Source: Lingula anatina
Lineage: Eukaryota; Animalia; Brachiopoda
Direction of reading: 5' to 3'
NCBI GenBank assembly: GCA_051362555.1
Contig: CM120642.1
Location: 2,914,001 to 2,978,000, forward strand
Length of the DNA: 64,000 bases
A program made the translations under genes and the position numbers. Shown in pieces: positions 13,891-64,000 of this stretch (position 1 is the first letter of the stretch; each line of letters starts with the position of its first letter). The notes beneath the pieces were generated by a model, which ran no database searches, was not told where the DNA came from, and worked only from the letters and a program-made list of their open reading frames with translations.

Positions 13891-15142
13891 GATGCCCAGT
13901 CTTAAAGTCAAATTGACATGCTACCAAATAGCAACTGCTAACTAATTCATTATTCAAAGAAAATTGTAAACTTGTAGTATACACTTTTATTTACCATATT
14001 CATAACAGTTTCAGGAAAAAAGAATGACTGTTAATAACAGTGGTTTTAATTTCTGAAAAACATTTTATACATAAATGAATAATTATATATGAATGCACCT
14101 TCAGAAAATTGCAACTTCATCGAGTTGTCGTGAAAAAAAAGTGATTATTCCAAATGACATCTGTCTACACCAACACCTTGTTCAAACAAAAACATTTCAC
14201 TCAAATTTTTACTTGAAAGACCAGCTTTTACCTAAGACGACCCAAAGTGCAAAAGCATTATACCTGTGTAATCATGGAAGCCCAAAATGATTGTGTCAAT
14301 ATTGTGGTGGGGTAGAGAAATACCTTACTTCTCACCAGGTAAAACTGCATTCAATAGTTACTTCTACAGCCAGAGGAAATCATAAAGGGAAAAGTTCCCC
14401 ATGAACTAAAATTTCAGTATTGATTTAATTCTAACATAAAACTAATTACCAATTCATAAAAGACTAGATTTAGAGTTAAAGCATGCATGCAAACATTAAT
14501 CTGGTCTAGTTTCCACTACTTGAACTTCAAAAAATCTCCTCCAAGTTCATTATCAGTTAATGTATAATATGAAGACAAAACTGAAAACAATTTGCTTGTT
14601 TGCTTAATGACATAGAAATTGCAGCTCATTCCTGCAAATATTGCAGTATAAAACAACTATTTCTTATTAACCACATAGGTTTAAAACAGTTCTGTCAAGA
14701 GCTACTGTTTATCTCACCCGCTGAATATGTTCTATAATTTTCAGATCTAAATCCCTGTTATAGGCACGGCGAGGGTTCTGTGGCTATGCTCCCATATGGA
14801 TTTCAAGCACGAATACTTTGATATTTATAGAAAGAGTGCACAAACCTGACAACAGTTAGAAAGTAAACAAACACCAGCAGTTTTGAAGCAGAAGGAAAAA
14901 AGAAAATAGTCAATTTGGGTTCTTCCCCACTGTCTTCACTTGAAAAATACACATATCAACAAATAATAATGCTCCTTTGGAAGTATTCATGAGAGAAAAA
15001 TTCTCTCCAATCACCATCCTTGGAGCAACACAAAAAAACAAACAAAAATAACAGGGTTACTGTTGCTAAAGGATCATAAAGCAGCTTTTATGTTTATAAA
15101 CAGCATCTATAATTTTTGTCTTTGTGATGAATTTATCATAAT

Positions 15143-15448
15143 TTATCCCATCGACTGCTGCTGCTGCTCTCTTGTCCATTCCACAAATTCATCTAATAAA
15201 ACTGGCCCTGAAAAAAAAGTAAAACATTTTTCAAAATAAGAATTTTTTTTCAAGTTAATTTTGTGATCAAACAGAAGTTGTTTTACATGAGGGAGACAAA
15301 TGAAATGTGTTTAACCAATCCTACTCAAGTCCTCAATCCCCAAGAAAATCACACTTTAACTTCAATCAGGGGTGGGAGCAAGATTAAATCAAAGGGGTTG
15401 CAATTAAACTTTTTTTTTATTTCAGTTTAAATTTCCTTTGTGTGATTG

Positions 15449-15489
<41 letters not shown>

Positions 15490-17999
15490 AATAACTCACA
15501 AGCACCATCTTCATCATAATTGGACAGGTCTGGTTTGATTGTTCTGCTGAACTCCAGGACATTGCACCACTGGTCTTTGTTCATTACTTTATATTTGGAT
15601 TGCTGAAATAACAGGGCAATGTTCATATAAAACCATTTCAAAATGTCTCTGGCATACAAAATACCATAAAGATCTACAGTTCATAGCCTATGGCATGTCC
15701 TACTCTTATTTGTATGCTGCTGAACATATATTCGCAATGTTTTGTCATGAAGAATTCTGGAATTTATTTTGGTTAGAGAAAATATATTCTTGAGACATTC
15801 TTAAATTTCTTATTAGTCAATCATAGAAAAAACACTGACCAATAAAAAGAATTACGAGACCACAGTTTAATTTCGTGAACCTGTTTCTCACACTTCTGGT
15901 ATTAGAAAAGTGGATTTCATCATGGGAGTGGAAATTTAAACAGTCCTGATTCTTGACAGAACTGTTTAAAGTAAATTATAGAATCTATACTTTTTTAATG
16001 TCTCACCTCAAGGAACTGATTAAACATGCCAAACATGGGCCACTTTTTACCCAGCAGTAGCCCCAGCATGGCCTTAGCTGTCTCTATGTCAATACTGCGT
16101 TGGTCTTTATCCTAAAAAGAAATGATACACTGGGTTATACTCTCATAAACATACACTGACTGCTCTCCTTTGATCTGTTAAACAGAAATATCATAAATAA
16201 TCGGCAGTATTTTTTTTGGTGAAAGCTCTCACCAGACATAGAAATTAAGAACAGAGATAAAATAAAATCACATCCATAACTAATATTTTCATTAAAAACA
16301 AATTGTAAAACTATAATATCAATCTATCAGCATTGGAAAAGTTTGGCTACAGATTCACTAAGGCACAGGAAACTAAATTTGCCAAAATTTATAACAGTTT
16401 TTAAAATTTACCCTTGCAAAATCAAATGCATATCTGTATATAGTTTTGAATACTACGTGGTCCTCCAGTAGTCCTCTCAGGTAGTCTAATTTCTGTTGGA
16501 GCTTCTCCACATTATCACATCTGAAAAAGTAATGTTCAAACATTATTAATTTATCTGATTTGATTATCTTATTGATGCACTCCCTAGAAAATCAGATAAC
16601 CAAAATCAATAATCGAGGAAAAAAAGTGGTGTAACACTACTTCATGCTAGTATCATACTTATTAAATAATTGGCTCTAGCATTCAACTGGTGTCAACAAG
16701 AAAATGTACTGGTGCATTTTTCGCCATAACAGCTGACAAAGGCTTATTTGTTAAAAATTTTCTTTAACTACGAGCACTTTTTTCATATATGTATTACTTT
16801 CATTAAATATAAAGAAGCTGTCCTATGTTCCCACATATTTTAGATGTTCAAAATGGACTAGTTTATATCAATATTCCTTTTCTGGATGCATTTCCTTAAA
16901 AGGCAGGTTTGTTTAAGAACAAAGACAAAAGACTGAAGCAAAAGTCCCCACCCCCACTCAACCTATGCCTTCTAAATATAAACCAAACACTTTTTACAAT
17001 GGACAAAAGTCTGACATTCCTTTCAGCCACTCGGCCAGAGTGAAGAAGCCCATATTTTTATATACTTACTGTAAGTCTGACATTCCTTTCAGCCACTCGG
17101 CCAGAGTGAAGAAGCCCATATTTTTATATACTTACTGTAAGTCTGACATTCCTTTCAGCCACTCGGCCAGAGTGAAGAAGCCCATATTTTTTATATACTA
17201 ACTGTAAGTCTGACATTCCTTTCAGCCACTCGGCCAGTGTGAAGAAGCCCATATTTTTTATATACTTACTGTAAGTCTGACATTCCTTTCAGCCACTCGG
17301 CCAGTGTGAAGAAGCCCATATTTTTTATATACTTACTGTAAGTCTGACATTCCTTTCAGCCACTCGGCCAGTGTGAAGAAGCCCATATTTTTTATATACT
17401 AACTGTAAGTCTGACATTCCTTTCAGCCACTCTGCCAGTGTGAAGAAGCCCATATTTTTATATACTAACTGTAAGTCTGACATTCCTTTCAGCCACTCAG
17501 CCAGTGTGAAGAAGCCCATATTTTTTATATACTAACTGTAAGTCTGACATTCCTTTCAGCCACTCGGCCAGTGTGAAGAAGCCCATATTTTTTATATACT
17601 AACTGTAAGTCTGACATTCCTTTCAGCCACTCGGCCAGTGTGAAGAAGCCCATATTTTTTATATACTTACTGTAAGTCTGACATTCCTTTCAGCCACTCG
17701 GCCAGTGTGAAGAAGCCCATATTTTTAGCATCCAGCTTCCATGCAAGAGACAACATCACAATCTGTAAAGAAATAATCTTTATTATTAGCACAGAGGTAA
17801 AATTCTACTTTCTTTACAACTAAAAGAAGGCCACACTTCTACACTTGGATGGCAAAGGACAAGTGAAATAGACCACAGTGCTAGAGATCCTAGCCATAAT
17901 CCTAAGCCATAATTAAGAATGATAAATTATACAAAAGTTTAACAAAAATAAACATTAACTCTATAATTTTAGAAAACCCAATTTTAAGATCAAATAATG

Positions 18000-18030
<31 letters not shown>

Positions 18031-18196
18031 TCCAAAGTTATGGCATCTTAGAAGTCAACAACAAACATGATGTTCTATGAAAATATGTCATATATTTGAG
18101 ACTTACATTTTCTGGCTCTACACCAATATCTTCACAAAACTTTTCCATCCCCTCTGGGGCAATGGTGTCCTCATCTGGACCTTTGTAATAATAATG

Positions 18197-18227
<31 letters not shown>

Positions 18228-19404
18228 ACAATAGTGGTCCTTACATTTCATGTTAGCTTGTTACAAGGAACATTGTAACAATAACCATATTACTCTTAAA
18301 GACACTCCTTAGTCTGTTAATGTTACACACAGGTGTCTAATTAGTATGTTAACTGATCAGCTGTGACAAAGGTACAACTGGTCTAGGGACGTCCCACTGA
18401 ATACTGGCCAAACCAGACCAAAGATCTGATGAAGGAAATGTTACTAAATGTCTGTCATATGGTAAAATAGCAAAACACAATTATCCCTGCCATTGTTAAA
18501 TGCATACCACCTTACAGCAGCTAATGACAAAGCTATTAAAACAATAACTCTGTACATACTTGGAGCTGTTATCTTTCCACATATCTTATCCCACACCCAC
18601 CTGTGTACTCATGAAACCAGGATATACATTTCTTGCCATTAAAAGGAAGGCTGTATTCTGCCAGAGGTCTCTGGATTTTGTGTTGCTTGGTGCTGAAACA
18701 AACAAGAGAAATATCAGCATAAAATTGGGTGAAGGTGAATATCATATGAAACTGTGACTACAAACATAAATATATGATATAAATTTCATAAATAATAAAG
18801 CAAGGAATAGAACAAAGTTAAATAATGAATTAAAAGTATATGAAATAAAATTAATAATAATAATAATAAGATTCTTATATGGCGCCTTACATTCTATCTC
18901 AATAAAAAGCCTTACAATAATGGCTAATATACTAAAATCATTAAAATGACTACAATATTTTAATCATAAACTCTCATTGGAAACCATTTAAAATTTACAC
19001 TACTAAAAATCAATCTTATTAAAAAAAAAAAAAAAAAAAAAAAAATTCGTAAATAATAAAGCAAAGAACAGAACAAAGCTAAATACATGAACAAAAAAAT
19101 TAATCAGTAATGACAGGCCCAAAATCACATTAAATGAACTGTGAAGGAAAATTCAATGACATTTATCATTCAAATAACTTGAAATTTATACCTTTGTCCC
19201 ATAAGATGTGTGCACATATGAAAACATGTTGTGTCTAGGGATTTAAACATTGGTGAGTTGATTCAAATGGTAATATCTTCTATGATCAGTATAATATGCC
19301 TTCCACATTGTCTACCTTATACTAGCATACCTTTGTCCCACTCTGGCCCTCTTGGTTTTGGAGTCCTCCCCCGAGGGTGATCTCCTGCGTCTCCTGGGGG
19401 GCAT
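15143..19404 (-). CDS. DCUN1D5: DCN1-like protein 4/5 (cullin neddylation co-E3, PONY domain), 8 coding exons
   Basis: Exons 19331-19404, 18601-18692, 18107-18180, 17671-17762, 16412-16520, 16007-16111, 15500-15602, 15143-15207 join in phase: [14 protein letters not shown]...[44 protein letters not shown]...[18 protein letters not shown]...[14 protein letters not shown]...[16 protein letters not shown]...*. Probably co-orthologous to vertebrate DCUN1D4 and DCUN1D5. The frame stays open upstream to an acceptor at 19473; probable non-coding first exon ~21163-21240; AATAAA near 13986. Confidence 0.93.
17007..17726. repeat. Minisatellite, 11 copies of a 66-67 bp unit made of the 3' end of DCUN1D exon 4 plus its splice donor
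   Basis: Unit ctgtaagtctgacattcctttcagccactcggccagtgtgaagaagcccatatttttt-atatact(t/a)a; junctions at 17069, 17135, 17202, 17269, 17336, 17403, 17469, 17536, 17603, 17670. Confidence 0.95.
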
Positions 19405-21159
19405 GTCACCGTCTTGACATGGGTTCCCAACACCAATACCTTGGTAGCCAGTCTTCAACTGCTCTCGCAAACTCTGCACAAATGCATATACTAGTAATCA
19501 CATATATTGCCTTTTGCCATACTATCAAGCAATGCCTACAGATACCTTGAAGTTGATATGTATACATATAACATAACAACAAACATTTCTGTCACTGGTT
19601 CAAACTGATCACACACAACATATTTGATTTTGTCAAATTAGCAGTGGTCTGACTAAAATTCTTTTAGTAAAACTAGTTAACAGTAAACTACAAATGAATT
19701 AACTCCCATCTTATATTCCTATTAAAATTATTATTTATCATTAACTAAAAGAAACAAGTGAGTTTACCAGTGAGTTCAACCTGGAATGCAGAGGAGCACT
19801 ACAGGTGGCGTTGTCAGTCCAATCCAGGATGAGACAGCCTGGTGAGTCAATTCATACAGCACCAATCCCTAGAATGAAATTACAATTGAGGTATTACATT
19901 ACATTGCTATGCAATCTTTTTAAATGAATATATAAAAATAGATATTAAAAGTACCAATCTGTATACTACCCATTCTACTGGCGATAAAAATAACTGCAAC
20001 AAGGTATTCATCTGAGACCCTCTCAGTGGAATATATGAGGAATAGATATCATGGACATCTGGATTTTTTCTTGATAAATAAGAGATATGAGAGTTTTAAA
20101 GAAACATTTTTAGTATGTTGTTTTCAACATGTCACAGACATATTAATTACCTTTTGTCTAATTTTCAACCTGAAATCCTCACTTTTCTACATGACAAGTC
20201 ACAACTACAGTAAGTACTGTCTGTGACATGATTAAGTACCAAAACTAAAAGGGAAATGGTCCAGACAATGGTTAAAATGGTCAGACTCAATGATAAATAT
20301 GTTGGTATATAATATAGTGAAAATATGCATTACATCAAGTTGAATGCAGTCTGCACTTTGGGTAGGTAATAAAGGAAACAAGCATTTTTACAGGGATACC
20401 TGGGTAACTGATTTGGCCTTGTTATTATTTTACAGAGAAGCATGCTAAAGTCAACATATTAATGAATGTAGTTTTACTCTCATGGGAACAATAACACGGC
20501 ATCCCTTATGTTATGGTTAAATAATTCTAATATGACAGGAATCAGGATATACCATGTACATTAAACATGTTACATCAAAAATCAAGCGATCATCAACAAA
20601 GGAGGAAGGAAATCACCAAAGCAAGATGGGACAACTTTACTGATGCAAATTAGTTCATTCCAGATTTGCTTCACATTAACTGCACTGAGTAACAAAACGC
20701 AAAGCAATGCTAGCTTCAAAGAGATGTAGTAAAGACCTAGTGTGCACATGGCAAAAGCACAACTGCATAGTGAATTAATTACACTGTAAATCAGACATAC
20801 TCAAGACATAAGTCTTAGCTATAAGTGAATTAGAATTTATACTTGATGCCCTTTCTATGTTTTGATTATATTAAACAATAAATTACAAAATCTGCCATAT
20901 TAATAAAGAATACCAAGCTGCCGTTAGGGTGGGAATTCACTTTTCTTACGCTTAGAGTTAATCAGCAAAATTAACTGGATTTGGTACTTAAAACAGCTGA
21001 AGAATATTTTTAATTGTTTAGATTGCTTGAGTCAAGATTGAGGGACGAAGTCCCAAAAACGTTCTCAATGCATTCGTTCTGATATTCGTGTGTCAAATTT
21101 AACCATGGAGCTCATCAGCAAATGATCATATATTTCGGAACTGCGCACTATGGCATACT

Positions 21160-21530
21160 TACATCCACTCTACAAACTTTTAAAATGAATTTTTCATAGA
21201 AACGCCATCAGAGTTTTGCTCATCGTGTAAAAAGACCGGAAGTTATCAAATGCCCTTGCGCATTGACCCATATTTGACAGCAAAGAATAACGCGTTTGAT
21301 TGGTCAAACAGTAAACTAGGTCAACTTTTACCAATCAAAACGTATCTAACAGATTGCACCTAGGCTTGTACATTCCTGAGCGAAATGCAAAACATGGCGG
21401 CCAGTGGTTGGCAACTCTGTAAACTCTGTTTGACTTTTTAAGAAACGTGAAGTAAAAAAAGGCAAATTACTCTCCCTTGAAAGGGAATCTGCCTTTTAGG
21501 GCAAAAGGCCCGTATTACTGAAAAGTAGGT
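21160..21530. promoter_or_regulatory. Bidirectional promoter between DCUN1D4/5 and DYNC2H1
   Basis: Local CpG-rich patch between divergent genes. Outward-facing donors (GTAAGT on minus ~21162; GTGAGT on plus ~21529), ETS site CCGGAAGT ~21236, opposed CCAAT boxes (GATTGG ~21298, CCAATC ~21332), YY1-type AACATGGCGGC at 21391. Confidence 0.65.
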
Positions 21531-22172
21531 GAGTATTAAGGCTGTAACGAGTGTTTTTTCATTAATTTCATTACTTGTTTTTTTTTTCGGCTGCAGTGTT
21601 TGCCGCCCGTCACCGCAGTCTAGCAGGGGGACAGGGAACCAACCAGTAGCCACAAGCAGTAGTTTCTTAGCCGACGTGGACAGCGGCTGAGCTGAAGCTC
21701 ACTTTACCAAGCAGATACAAATGCTTATTTCTAGATGTGAAAATATTTTCACCGGAGCCCAGTTTTTTAAAGATTAAACTTTTCATTTATGGTAACTTAG
21801 CTCCAAGCATTGTCAGCCTTGGTTTACATTTTTAGACTTTACTTTCTAGAGGAACTTACAGGTCATTATCAGGACAGTTAACAGGCAATTCAGTTGTGAC
21901 CTGTCAGAATGAACAGAGGAAACCATCAGCAGACACATCAAAAGTTTGGATTTATCATAAATGAAAACTTGCATCACAAACCGTTTCTGTTTTAAAAATA
22001 AGTAGCAGTGGTATAATGAATAACATAAGAACACCAATTGAACTGCACTCTTAATATCTAACTAAATATGAATCATGTTCAAGATATCATACCAAATAGA
22101 TGCTTGCAAACACATTTTGCTGTTTATTTTTCCAAAGGTTTGATTCAAGAATAAAATCACACAACAACCATA

Positions 22173-63730
<41,558 letters not shown>

Positions 63731-64000
63731 GTGAGTGTTCTACCAGTTATAATAGAGCCCATATTGTATCCTCTTCTTAGAGGAGATCTGCTGTCTCAAG
63801 GTGGGTTTTATGCCAGTGATGGGATTCATACACAATTTACTTGTCATCATACAGAAGTTCTAGTTTAATCAAAAAAGTATTTCACATGTTTTAAAGTTAA
63901 TCTGAACTTTGCTTACCTAAATAATACGAACCGTTTTGTTTCAGGCAGTCTTATTATAGACTAGTAACTTATCATTAAACGTAATTTGGTGATATCATTT

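Noticed and set aside
17007-17726. CRISPR-like regular array
   Set aside because: No unique spacers; units are head-to-tail copies of a eukaryotic exon end; no cas genes

Overview
AT-rich, intron-dense animal (invertebrate, plausibly lophotrochozoan; not provable from sequence) genomic DNA, not prokaryotic. Five protein-coding genes were reconstructed by reading splice sites. (1) A multi-exon MACPF/perforin-like gene on the minus strand (start 8469, runs off the left edge) has an in-frame TGA inside its signal peptide. (2) A DCN1-like 4/5 gene (minus) has one exon end and its splice donor amplified into an 11-copy 66-67 bp array. (3) Head-to-head with it is cytoplasmic dynein-2 heavy chain DYNC2H1 (plus, 60 coding exons seen, runs off the right edge); the same divergent pair exists in human. 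(4,5) Two tandem two-exon galactose-3-O-sulfotransferase paralogues are nested antisense in DYNC2H1 intron 9. The most notable hidden signals are two frame-preserving microexon candidates in DYNC2H1 (6 nt PK at 51796-51801; 21 nt INNIAAG at 61649-61669, at the position of the human 7-aa alternative exon), recurrent duplications straddling splice sites, an intronic tandem RFX X-box, several MITEs and an apparent CpG-rich to CpG-poor transition. Coordinates were read by eye and may be off by a base or two.
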